From positions 1,200,001 to 1,232,000 of the forward strand of contig NC_007335.2 in the NCBI RefSeq assembly GCF_000012465.1: a stretch of DNA of 32,000 nucleotides, written 5' to 3'. Shown one piece after another: positions 9,263 through 17,337 of this stretch (its first letter is position 1; the number at the start of each line of letters is the position of its first letter). The notes below the pieces were generated by a model. That model was not told the origin of the DNA, made no database searches, and saw only the letters and a program-made list of their open reading frames with translations. The stretch comes from Prochlorococcus marinus str. NATL2A (GTDB lineage Bacteria; Cyanobacteriota; Cyanobacteriia; PCC-6307; Cyanobiaceae). The position numbers and the translations under genes are program-made.

Positions 9263-9676
9263 CTAAGAGAGTTTACAACCCTTTTCAGTACATAATTTCT
9301 CAATAGAAGGTCGAAAAGTTAATTTTAATCTGTATTTTGCCCATATCCCATAAATAAACTCAATAAATTTATCAAAAATGGGCAATTTTGTTGGTGCATA
9401 AATCCAACCCAAGCCAATCAAAGTATAAGCCTCTTGAAAAACCTTAATATCCTTAATTACTGAACCATCACTTTTCAAAGCATGGATTCTCTCCATCGCT
9501 TGTTTATAGGTAATGCCATATTTAAGATCTAAATAAAAATCAGAAGTATTTATATCAATAAAACTTAGGTATCCCTTTTGATTTCTTGATTGCAAGAAAT
9601 CAACCTCTCTTTTGCATAAGGGGCATCCTCCATCAAAAAAAATAGTAAGCTTGGCTGTGTTCATAAAAAATTTCAA
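9263..9676 (-). CDS. Thiol-disulfide oxidoreductase, DCC family (DUF393)
   Basis: The N-terminal TIFFDGGCPLCKREVDFL carries the D-x-x-C-x-x-C signature of the DCC family, and the length (137 aa) fits. Confidence 0.8.
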   Translation of the reverse strand: MKFFMNTAKLTIFFDGGCPLCKREVDFLQSRNQKGYLSFIDINTSDFYLDLKYGITYKQAMERIHALKSDGSVIKDIKVFQEAYTLIGLGWIYAPTKLPIFDKFIEFIYGIWAKYRLKLTFRPSIEKLCTEKGCKLS

Positions 9677-9791
9677 AACTTTTAAGAGCTTTATTTAAGA
9701 AATAAAGGCTATCTTCGTTGTTCAATGTAAATAAACACTTGATAGCAGCACAAATAAGAGCGATCTTAATGATATCTAACTGATAAAAAAA

Positions 9792-10433
9792 ATGGGTGCA
9801 CTATTTATTTTCATATTAATCTCAGTATCAGTAATTTCCGCCTTGCTTTTCTTCAATAAAGGGGAGAAAGCTCAAGAGATCAAAAGCACTCTTAAAAACA
9901 TATATGAAAATTTTAAAGAACTCTTCTCAAATTTTAAAAAGCTTTTTTTGATAGTTAAAGAGCTAATTCAATCAAAATTAGATCAAGGACCTACTCAGCT
10001 GAAAGATGAATCAACAGAGTCGCAACCTGAGGCAACTCCTGAACCTGAGGCAACTCCTGAACCTGAGGCAACTCCTGAACCTGAGGCAACTCCTGAACCT
10101 GAGGTAACGCCTGAACCTGAGGTAACGCCTGAACCTGAGGTAACGCCTGAACCTGAGGTAACGCCTGAACCTGAGGTAACGCCTGAACCTGAGGTAACGC
10201 CTGAACCTGAGGTAACGCCTGAACCTGAGGTAACGCCTGAACCTGAGGTAACGCCTGAACCTGAGGTAACGCCTGAACCTGAGGTAACGCCTGAACCTGA
10301 GGTAACGCCTGAACCTGAGGTAACGCCTGAACCTGAGGTAACGCCTGAACCTGAATTCATCCCAACTAGCGAATTAGAAAAAACTTCTGAAAATTCAATT
10401 GATGACGAAAATATTGATATAAAAACGGAGTAA
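9792..10433 (+). CDS. Membrane-anchored acidic Pro/Glu/Thr repeat protein, (PEPE[A/V]T)x18
   Basis: ATG start and an N-terminal TM segment ([19 protein letters not shown]). A predicted helical K/E-rich segment follows, then 110 aa of hexapeptide repeats and an acidic tail. A strong terminator lies 3' of the stop. Confidence 0.75.
   Translation: MGALFIFILISVSVISALLFFNKGEKAQEIKSTLKNIYENFKELFSNFKKLFLIVKELIQSKLDQGPTQLKDESTESQPEATPEPEATPEPEATPEPEATPEPEVTPEPEVTPEPEVTPEPEVTPEPEVTPEPEVTPEPEVTPEPEVTPEPEVTPEPEVTPEPEVTPEPEVTPEPEVTPEPEVTPEPEFIPTSELEKTSENSIDDENIDIKTE
10026..10355 (+). repeat. 18-bp perfect tandem repeat, about 18.3 copies in two homogeneous blocks
   Basis: cctgaggcaactcctgaa occurs 4 times, followed by cctgaggtaacgcctgaa 14 times. 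The count comes from the 110-aa repeat segment of the ORF. I saw no internal mismatches within either block. Confidence 0.95.
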
Positions 10434-10454
10434 TTTTTTAGATTTCTTCCCAAT

Positions 10455-10488
10455 AAAAAGCCTCATCAAATTTGATGAGGCTTTTTTA
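10455..10488. terminator. Bidirectional intrinsic terminator between the repeat protein gene (+) and the first pcb gene (-)
   Basis: aaaa-agcctcatcaaa/tttgatgaggct-ttttt is a perfect 12-bp palindromic stem flanked by an A-run and a T-run. Confidence 0.8.
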
Positions 10489-10510
10489 TTGAAATTTAAG
10501 TTTGAATCAA

Positions 10511-11566
10511 CTAACTCTCAGTTGTTGCGAGAGAAGCTACTGATCCAACAACACGACGGAAATCAAAGCCCATGGCTCTAAGAGCATGCCAAATATGACC
10601 TTGAATAAAGAAAAATCCAAAGTAATAATGAACATTTGACAATGCTGCTCTAGTTGTATGACCTAAAAACGCAGTGCTATCTGAGACATCTCCCGTGTCT
10701 ACCCAATAAGGAGAAATTCCAAATTTCAAAGCTAAAGGCTCTCCATACCAGTCAATTGGATAAACAGTTGTATTTTGTGCGCACCAGAATGCAGCAACAA
10801 TTGCCATCCAACCAATACCAGCAAGAGACCAGGAGAGAACGGCTTCTGCTGAAAGCAATCCTTTACCTTTGAACTCAGTGTATTCGCCTAGTTGTTTTGT
10901 AGCGATGTGCCATGCACCACCACTTATTTGAACGAATGCTAAGAATGCATGACCGCTCATTACTTCTTCTAGGCTGTCAATGGTAAGGAAGTCGAACTGA
11001 TGCCCGTAAACCATTCCAAAATCACCATATCCAGGGAAGATTGTTCTGATTTCACCTATGGCTGGATCATAAATTCCATGCCACCTTGCCCACTCGACGA
11101 ACCAAATATTTGCAACCCCAAAGAAAATCAAGTGATGTCCAAGAATGAATGTCAAATTATCTGGATTGTCCCATTCAAGTTTGAATTTCTTGGTGGTAGG
11201 AATTGGACCATCTTTCAAGTCCGGGTCAAATAAGAGTGAATGAGCTAATCCAGCTGTTCCATATACAGCTGAAAAAATCAAATGGAAAATAGCAATTGTT
11301 GCTACACCAGCTCCGGTCCATACTCCTGCTTCATCAAAGCCGAGGCCAAGAGATGCTAGATGAGCAAGAAAAATGGAACTTTGATGTCCCATTGGTATTT
11401 CTGGGTTGTAGCGAGCAAGCTCCCAAAGGGTACTTCCACCAGCTGCAAAGCAAATCAGGCCTGTGTGTCCGATATGTGACCCTATGAATCGACCAGCGCG
11501 ATTGGTCACCACAGAATTGCCAACCCACCACCCGTAGGTGACGTCTGGGTTTCCGTAGGTCTGCAT
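10511..11566 (-). CDS. pcb: Chlorophyll a/b-binding light-harvesting protein Pcb (CP43/IsiA family), copy 1
   Basis: Contains MQTYGNPDVTYGWWVGN..., HIGHTGL, NPDNLTFILGHH and HYYFGFFFIQGHIWHALRAMGFDF. The ORF track starts at a GTG at 11605, but alignment with the four paralogs places the start at the ATG 13 codons downstream (11566). Confidence 0.93.
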   Translation of the reverse strand: MQTYGNPDVTYGWWVGNSVVTNRAGRFIGSHIGHTGLICFAAGGSTLWELARYNPEIPMGHQSSIFLAHLASLGLGFDEAGVWTGAGVATIAIFHLIFSAVYGTAGLAHSLLFDPDLKDGPIPTTKKFKLEWDNPDNLTFILGHHLIFFGVANIWFVEWARWHGIYDPAIGEIRTIFPGYGDFGMVYGHQFDFLTIDSLEEVMSGHAFLAFVQISGGAWHIATKQLGEYTEFKGKGLLSAEAVLSWSLAGIGWMAIVAAFWCAQNTTVYPIDWYGEPLALKFGISPYWVDTGDVSDSTAFLGHTTRAALSNVHYYFGFFFIQGHIWHALRAMGFDFRRVVGSVASLATTES

Positions 11567-11694
11567 AATTAAGGAATTAAAGTCGAAATTTTGGCTACCA
11601 TACACTTTTTGGAATTGTTTTTACCAGAATAGTTAGAGGTCTTTATAGGTCTCTCTCATTTTTTACCAAAAAAGCTCTATTTATTTAAAAATAG

Positions 11695-11728
11695 ACAAAA
11701 AAAATACCCCCCATAATAGAGGGGTATT
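11695..11728 (-). terminator. Intrinsic terminator of pcb copy 2
   Basis: The stem atacccc/ggggtat lies about 18 nt 3' of the stop. On the minus strand it is followed by a U-run (an A-run on the plus strand at about 11697-11704). Confidence 0.65.
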
Positions 11729-11745
11729 TTTGTTTTTTTTTTAAT

Positions 11746-12858
11746 CTATCTTGGAGCTCTTCCATTGAAACCAGCGCCTTCAACCCTGACTGTTGCGCCT
11801 TCAGTATTACCAATTGCTTCGGAAACTTTCTTGAAGTCAAATCCTAAAGCACGTAAAGCATGCCAGAAATGACCCTGTAAGAAGAAAAATCCAAAGTAAT
11901 AATGAACATTAACTAAAGCAGCCCTAGTTGTGTGACCAAAGAAAGCTGTTATGCCAGTGCTATCTGCTGTATCAATCCAATATGGAGCAACTGAGAACTG
12001 TAACTTCAAAGGCTCACCAAACCACTCAATGGGATAAACGGTTGTATTGGTAGCAGCCCAGAATGCTGCAACAATTGCCATCCAACCTATACCTGCAAGA
12101 GACCATGAAAGGACTGCCTCTGCAGAAAGCAATTCAGCTCCTTTGTACTTACTCCATTCACCAAGTCTCTTGTTTTCCCATTGAGTTGAACCTGCAACCA
12201 TATGAATAGTTGCTCCGGTCAATTCTGCAAAAGCAAGAAATGCATGTCCACCCATTACATCTTCGAGACTATCAATTCCGATGAAATCAAATTGACGATT
12301 CCATATCATCGTCAAATCAAGATTGTAATTGACCTGTCTAACCGAACCAATAGCTGGATCATATATGCCGTGGATTCTTGCCCATTCAACAAAGGCTATG
12401 CAAGCCATTCCAAAGAAGAATAAATGATGGCCCAGGATAAACGTCTGATTATCCGGATTATTCCATTCCAATTTAAACTTTCTAGCTCTTGGAACCTCAC
12501 TATCTGCAACATCAGCTTCAAAATAAACTGCATGCAATAAAGCACCACCTCCGTAAACCATTGACAAAACCAAGTGAACAATGGCTACGGCTGCTACACC
12601 AACACCAGTCCAAGCTCCAGCCTCGTCAAAACCTACGCCAAAGGCGGCAAGATGCCCCAAGAATAAGGAGCTTTGATGCCCCATAGGGATCTCTGGATTG
12701 TAGCGAGCAAGTTCCCAAAGGGTACTTCCTCCAGCCGCGAATGCGATCAAGCCTGTATGCCCAATATGGGAGGCTATGAATCGACCAGAACGACTTGTGA
12801 CCACAGAATTACCAGCCCACCACTCGTAAGTAACGTCTGGATTTCCATAGCTCTGCAT
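11746..12858 (-). CDS. pcb: Chlorophyll a/b-binding light-harvesting protein Pcb, copy 2 (extended C-terminal tail)
   Basis: MQSYGNPDVTYEWWAGN... with the same conserved core. At 370 aa it has the longest C-terminal tail of the five (...GNTEGATVRVEGAGFNGRAPR). Confidence 0.93.
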   Translation of the reverse strand: MQSYGNPDVTYEWWAGNSVVTSRSGRFIASHIGHTGLIAFAAGGSTLWELARYNPEIPMGHQSSLFLGHLAAFGVGFDEAGAWTGVGVAAVAIVHLVLSMVYGGGALLHAVYFEADVADSEVPRARKFKLEWNNPDNQTFILGHHLFFFGMACIAFVEWARIHGIYDPAIGSVRQVNYNLDLTMIWNRQFDFIGIDSLEDVMGGHAFLAFAELTGATIHMVAGSTQWENKRLGEWSKYKGAELLSAEAVLSWSLAGIGWMAIVAAFWAATNTTVYPIEWFGEPLKLQFSVAPYWIDTADSTGITAFFGHTTRAALVNVHYYFGFFFLQGHFWHALRALGFDFKKVSEAIGNTEGATVRVEGAGFNGRAPR

Positions 12859-13035
12859 AATGTCTAAGCGAATCAGGGAAATATGCGTGCAGATTACACT
12901 CTGTTCAATTGATATGTGCAGAATAGTTAAAGGTCGTTATGTTTGAAATTCTTTTTTCCGGATAATTAAGAGAGACGCAAAGTCTTTTATTAGCTTTATC
13001 AAATCAATGCTTCGAAAGAATTTATTCGACCAAGT

Positions 13036-13073
13036 AAAAAAAAACAAAAAAAAGAGAGGATTAAATCCTCTCT
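13036..13073 (-). terminator. Intrinsic terminator of pcb copy 3
   Basis: The stem agagagga-ttaaa-tcctctct is preceded on the plus strand by a long A-run. This reads as hairpin plus U-run on the minus strand, about 25 nt 3' of the stop at 13098. Confidence 0.75.
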
Positions 13074-13097
13074 TTTAAAAAACAAGTTTTTAATTGT

Positions 13098-14147
13098 TTA
13101 TTCGTAAAGCTGAGCAGGAAGAGGCTCCTTAAGAATTCTCTTAAAATCAAATCCCATAGCTCTTAAAGCATGCCATAGATGACCTTGAAGGAAGAAAAAT
13201 CCAAAGTAATAATGAACATTTGCTAGAGCCGCCCTAGTCGTATGACCAAAGAAAGCTGGACCTCCTGAAAGATCAACACTATCTATCCAATAAGGAGCAA
13301 TACCAAACTTCAAGATCAATGCTTCGCCATACCAAGCTTCTGGGTAAACGGTTGTGTTCTGTGCACACCAGAAAGCAGCAACAACAGCCATCCAACCAAG
13401 ACCTGCACAAGAGAAAGAAAGAATTGCTTCTGCAGAAAGAAGACCAGCTCCTTTGAACTTGGTATATTCACCAACTTGCTTAGTAGCGATATGGAAAGCT
13501 CCACCTGTTATTTCCAAGAAAGCCAAGAAAGCATGGCCTCCCAAAACATCTTCAAGACTATCAATAGCCAAGAAATCAAACTGATGGTTCCAAATACTGG
13601 TCAAGTTAAGGTTGTACTCAACTTGTCGAACAGCTCCTATAGCAGGATCATAAATTCCATGGATTCTTGCCCATTCAACGAACCAAATACATGCAACACC
13701 AAAGAAAAGTAAATGGTGACCAAGTATAAAAGTCTGATTATCTGGGTTGTCCCACTCAAGTTTGAACTTTCTTGCTTGAGGGACCTCTGAATCTTGCATA
13801 TCGCCAACGAATAGCACCGAGTGCAATAAGCCACCGGCTCCATAGACCATGGAAAGAACCAAATGTACGATTGCAATAGAGGCAACTCCTGCCCCTGTCC
13901 AAGCACCAGCCTCATCAAAGCCGATACCAATTGAAGCTAAATGAGCAAGAAAGATCGAACTCTGATGTCCCATTGGAATCTCAGGGTTGTATCTCGCTAG
14001 TTCCCAAAGGGTACTTCCACCTGCTGCAAAGGCTATTAAGCCAGTATGAGCAATGTGTGCAGCAATGAATTTACCTGATTTGTTTGTAACCCCAGCATTT
14101 CCAGCCCACCAACCATAGGTGACATCCGGGTTTCCGTAGGTCTGCAT
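13098..14147 (-). CDS. pcb: Chlorophyll a/b-binding light-harvesting protein Pcb, copy 3
   Basis: MQTYGNPDVTYGWWAGN... with a conserved Pcb core over the full 349 aa. Confidence 0.93.
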   Translation of the reverse strand: MQTYGNPDVTYGWWAGNAGVTNKSGKFIAAHIAHTGLIAFAAGGSTLWELARYNPEIPMGHQSSIFLAHLASIGIGFDEAGAWTGAGVASIAIVHLVLSMVYGAGGLLHSVLFVGDMQDSEVPQARKFKLEWDNPDNQTFILGHHLLFFGVACIWFVEWARIHGIYDPAIGAVRQVEYNLNLTSIWNHQFDFLAIDSLEDVLGGHAFLAFLEITGGAFHIATKQVGEYTKFKGAGLLSAEAILSFSCAGLGWMAVVAAFWCAQNTTVYPEAWYGEALILKFGIAPYWIDSVDLSGGPAFFGHTTRAALANVHYYFGFFFLQGHLWHALRAMGFDFKRILKEPLPAQLYE

Positions 14148-14324
14148 GATTTAAGTTTTTTGGCGTAATACGGTGAGCACACCTTACAGGCACCTGAATT
14201 CAAAAACTACCAATAGTCATAAGGCGTATAAAGAAGTAGTAAAGTTTTTTTTCTTCAAATTGGCTCAACCCCCAACTAAACTAGGTTTTCATGGAAATAC
14301 TCAAGAAAAATTTAAATATCAAAA

Positions 14325-14519
14325 ATGAAATCTGCTTTACAACTTGAATTACAAGACCTTCATGGACTTCCTTATGTAGCAACAATAATTTGGTTTGTTC
14401 TGCTTGGAGTTTCTCTTTTAGCTGTGGTTTTTTATCTTTTTCAGAAAAATTCACCATCCAAAAGAAAAGTTGATGAGGTTTCTCCCACTGAGAAGAAATC
14501 TCGTGCAAAAGGGTTTTAA
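14325..14519 (+). CDS. Hypothetical single-TM small protein inside the pcb array
   Basis: 64 aa with an ATG start, one TM segment (YVATIIWFVLLGVSLLAVVFYLF) and a basic C-terminal tail. There is no family assignment. Confidence 0.35.
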   Translation: MKSALQLELQDLHGLPYVATIIWFVLLGVSLLAVVFYLFQKNSPSKRKVDEVSPTEKKSRAKGF

Positions 14520-14634
14520 ATGACTAAGAAAATTTTGTTTTTCAATGTTAGTTCTCAAATTAATGTAATATCCTCAAACACGGGTTTGGCATAGTGGCCA
14601 CCTGGGTTAACTATAAAAACAATTTTTTTATTCA

Positions 14635-14841
14635 ATGATTGATTTTTCTCACCTTCTTGATTTTGCCACTCAGCTTCCACACCCATCAGATATTGGTTTA
14701 ATCAAACCATCCGGTGGATTTAATATAGCCGCAGCTCTTTGTGGACTTGGAGCAGTTTTTGGAGCGTCTCAATTCTTCTACTATTCTGATGATTCAAAAA
14801 GGATCGATCCTTGGGCTAAGCCTGACAACTACAAAAACTAA
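14635..14841 (+). CDS. Hypothetical single-TM small protein inside the pcb array
   Basis: 68 aa with an ATG start and a Gly/Ala-rich TM segment (FNIAAALCGLGAVFGASQFFYY). A strong hairpin terminator follows within about 35 nt. Confidence 0.45.
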   Translation: MIDFSHLLDFATQLPHPSDIGLIKPSGGFNIAAALCGLGAVFGASQFFYYSDDSKRIDPWAKPDNYKN

Positions 14842-14872
14842 AGAAAGTTAAAACCTCTTTAATTTTTTTCAA

Positions 14873-14911
14873 TAAAAAAAGAGTCTCGTCTTTTGACGAG
14901 ACTCTTTTTTA
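14873..14911. terminator. Bidirectional intrinsic terminator (small ORF on +, pcb copy 4 on -)
   Basis: aaaaaaa-gagtctcgtc-tttt-gacgagactc-tttttt forms a 10-bp stem with A- and T-runs on either side. Confidence 0.8.
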
Positions 14912-14931
14912 ATGCTGAAAGACTCAGAAAA

Positions 14932-16020
14932 TCAATCAGTTAGAGTAACTCTTGCTCCATCAAGATTACTAATTGCATCAGTAACCTTTTTGAAATCAAA
15001 GCCTAGAGCACGTATTGCATGCCAAAGGTGTCCTTGAATAAAGAAGAAACCAAGATAGTAATGAACATTCGCAAGCCAAGCTCTTGAAGTATGACCACTA
15101 ACGACACCAGTCATATCAGCAGTATCAATCCAATATGGAGAGATTCCAAACTTAAGAGCTAATGTTTCTCCGTACCAAGCCTCTGGATAAACAGTTGTAT
15201 TGGTTGCACACCAGAAAGCGGCAATAATTGCCATCCAACCAATACCAGCAAGAGACCAGGAAAGAACTGCTTCAGCAGAAAGAATATTCTTCCCTTTGAA
15301 TTCTGTGTATTCTCCAGTCTGCTTCGTAGCGATATGGAAAGCACCACCTGTGATCTCAACAAATGCTAAGAATGCATGACCACCCATAACATCCTCCAGA
15401 CTATCAATAGCCAAGAAATCAAACTGATGATTCCAAATGTTGGTCAAGTTTAAGTTGTACTCGACTTGTCGAACAGCTCCTATTGCAGGATCGTAAATCC
15501 CATGTATTCGAGCCCACTCAACAAACCAAATACATGCAACACCAAAGAAAATCAAATGGTGACCAAGAATAAAAGTCTGATTATCTGGATTATCCCATTC
15601 AAGCTTGTATCTTGCTGCCTGACGATGTTCAGGACGATCATCAGCAAACAAACCTGAACTATTTTGGGTATCTTCGCTAAAAATCAGAGAGTGCAATAGA
15701 CCTGCACCCGCATAAACCATTGAACAAATCAGATGGAATACTCCGATAAAAGCAATTGATGTTCCGTCGAATACTGTTCCAGTTGGATCAAATCCAATAC
15801 CAATAGAAGCAAGGTGTGGGATGCTCACCATTCCTTGGTGTCCCATTGGAATATCTGGGTTGTATCTAGCGAGCTCCCAAAGTGTGTTGGCACCAGCTGC
15901 GAAACAAATCAATCCTGTATGAGCAACATGCGAGCCAATAAATCGGCTTGACTTATTTGTTACGACAGAATTACCAACCCACCACCCGTAGGTGACGTCT
16001 GGGTTTCCGTAGGACTGCAT
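14932..16020 (-). CDS. pcb: Chlorophyll a/b-binding light-harvesting protein Pcb, copy 4 (divergent, with loop insertion)
   Basis: MQSYGNPDVTYGWWVGN... with the conserved core. It has a divergent segment (MGHQGMVSIPHLASIGIGFDPTGTVFDGTS). It also has a 9-residue longer loop before the (F/Y)KLEW motif (SEDTQNSSGLFADDRPEHRQAARYKLEW). Confidence 0.93.
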   Translation of the reverse strand: MQSYGNPDVTYGWWVGNSVVTNKSSRFIGSHVAHTGLICFAAGANTLWELARYNPDIPMGHQGMVSIPHLASIGIGFDPTGTVFDGTSIAFIGVFHLICSMVYAGAGLLHSLIFSEDTQNSSGLFADDRPEHRQAARYKLEWDNPDNQTFILGHHLIFFGVACIWFVEWARIHGIYDPAIGAVRQVEYNLNLTNIWNHQFDFLAIDSLEDVMGGHAFLAFVEITGGAFHIATKQTGEYTEFKGKNILSAEAVLSWSLAGIGWMAIIAAFWCATNTTVYPEAWYGETLALKFGISPYWIDTADMTGVVSGHTSRAWLANVHYYLGFFFIQGHLWHAIRALGFDFKKVTDAISNLDGARVTLTD

Positions 16021-16213
16021 AATTGAGGAAATTGAAGTCGAAATTCGACCTACCTTACATTTAGTGCAATAAATTTGCTTGAAATCGTAAAAGGTCTTTA
16101 TTTAATGCACAAAAATAATCAATAGAAGAGCTTTAATTATTCATTGATTTTGCTTACAAAACTAGTATCAAAAAGGATTTGAGAATCCTAGTTAAATAGC
16201 AGTCAATATTTTA

Positions 16214-16244
16214 ATAAAAAAAGCCCCGCAAAAATTACGGGGCT
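16214..16244 (-). terminator. Intrinsic terminator of pcb copy 5
   Basis: The stem agccccg-caaaaatta-cggggct is preceded on the plus strand by an A-run, giving hairpin plus U-run on the minus strand. It lies about 29 nt 3' of the stop at 16273. Confidence 0.8.
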
Positions 16245-16272
16245 TCAGAGATTATCCAATCAATTGAATTAG

Positions 16273-17337
16273 TTAGTCATTAAGAGTGATTTGTGCCCTA
16301 TCTAAACCAGCTACAGCATTTGTAACTCTCCTAAAGTCAAAGCCTAATGCACGAATAGCGTGCCATAAATGACCTTGTAAGAAGAAGAATCCAAAATAAT
16401 AATGGACATTTGTTAAAGCAGCTCTTGTGGTGTGACCTGCTAGTGCAGTGCTCTCACTTACCTCTACAGTATCGATCCAATAGGGAGAAATTCCAAATTT
16501 CAAAGCTAAAGGCTCTCCAAACCAAGGTTCAGGATAAACAGTTGTATTTGTTGCGCACCAGAATGCTGCGACAATCGCCATCCAACCAATACCTGCCAAT
16601 GAGAAAGATAAAACAGCTTCGGCAGAAAGGATCCCAGCTCCTTTGAATTCTGTGTATTCTCCTACCTGCTTAGTTGCGATATGGAAAGCACCACCAGTTA
16701 TCTCAACAAATGCTAAAAACGCATGGCCGCCCAAAACATCTTCAAGATTATCTATAGCTAAGAAATCAAACTGATGGTTCCAAATATTGGTCAAATTAAG
16801 GTTGTACTCAACTTGTCGAACAGCTCCTATTGCTGGGTCATAAATCCCGTGAATTCTGGCCCATTCAACAAAAGCAATACAAGCCACCCCAAAGAAAATA
16901 AGATGGTGACCCAAAATAAATGTCAAATTATCGGGATTGTCCCATTCAAGCTTGAATTTTTGAGTAGTAGGTCCTGGCCCATCAGCCAAATCCCCATCAA
17001 AGAGCAGAGAGTGAGAAAGAGCTCCTCCTGCATAAACAAGAGAAGCAATAATATGGACAATTGCTACTGAAGCAACATTCGCTCCAGTCCAAACACCTGC
17101 ATCATCAAATCCAATTCCAATAGATGCAAGATGAGCGAGAAAGATAGAGCTTTGGTGCCCCATGGCTATAGAAGGATCAAACCTAGCTAGCTCCCAAAGA
17201 GTGCTAGCTCCTGCAGCAAATGAAATTAGGCCAGTATGACCAGCATGGGCTGCAATGAACTTTCCAGCGCGGTTGGTAACCCTTGAATTACCAGCCCACC
17301 ACCCGTAGGTGACATCTGGATTTCCATAGGTCTGCAT
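16273..17337 (-). CDS. pcb: Chlorophyll a/b-binding light-harvesting protein Pcb, copy 5
   Basis: MQTYGNPDVTYGWWAGN... with a conserved Pcb core over 354 aa. Confidence 0.93.
   Translation of the reverse strand: MQTYGNPDVTYGWWAGNSRVTNRAGKFIAAHAGHTGLISFAAGASTLWELARFDPSIAMGHQSSIFLAHLASIGIGFDDAGVWTGANVASVAIVHIIASLVYAGGALSHSLLFDGDLADGPGPTTQKFKLEWDNPDNLTFILGHHLIFFGVACIAFVEWARIHGIYDPAIGAVRQVEYNLNLTNIWNHQFDFLAIDNLEDVLGGHAFLAFVEITGGAFHIATKQVGEYTEFKGAGILSAEAVLSFSLAGIGWMAIVAAFWCATNTTVYPEPWFGEPLALKFGISPYWIDTVEVSESTALAGHTTRAALTNVHYYFGFFFLQGHLWHAIRALGFDFRRVTNAVAGLDRAQITLND

Noticed and set aside
10026-10355. Possible CRISPR array, because short perfect repeats are present
   Set aside because: The repeats are directly abutting 18-mers with no spacers and lie in frame within a coding sequence. 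No cas genes are nearby.
9995-10453. 152-aa minus-strand ORF encoding (SGSGVT)n, antisense to the PEPE(A/V)T repeat gene
   Set aside because: It is open only because the 18-bp repeat lacks stops in that frame. It has no plausible start context and runs through the bidirectional terminator. The plus-strand ORF has a TM anchor, an ATG start and a terminator.
11567-11605. 13-codon N-terminal extension of pcb copy 1 from the GTG at 11605
   Set aside because: The other four paralogs all begin at the MQ(T/S)YGNPD methionine. The extension overlaps sequence homologous to the untranslated leader of copy 4.
14560-14620. GC-richer patch (cacgggtttggcatagtggccacctgggtt) checked for a tRNA or small RNA
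   Set aside because: I could not fold a cloverleaf (acceptor stem and T-arm GTTCRA box). It contains only a short gtggccac palindrome.
10654-17070. Numerous 60-100 aa ORFs antisense to, or out of frame within, the five pcb genes (for example 11000..11233, 12202..12423, 13637..13930, 15159..15362, 16774..17070)
   Set aside because: All are nested in strongly supported pcb coding frames and show no motifs. Their recurrence at equivalent positions simply reflects paralogy of the host genes.
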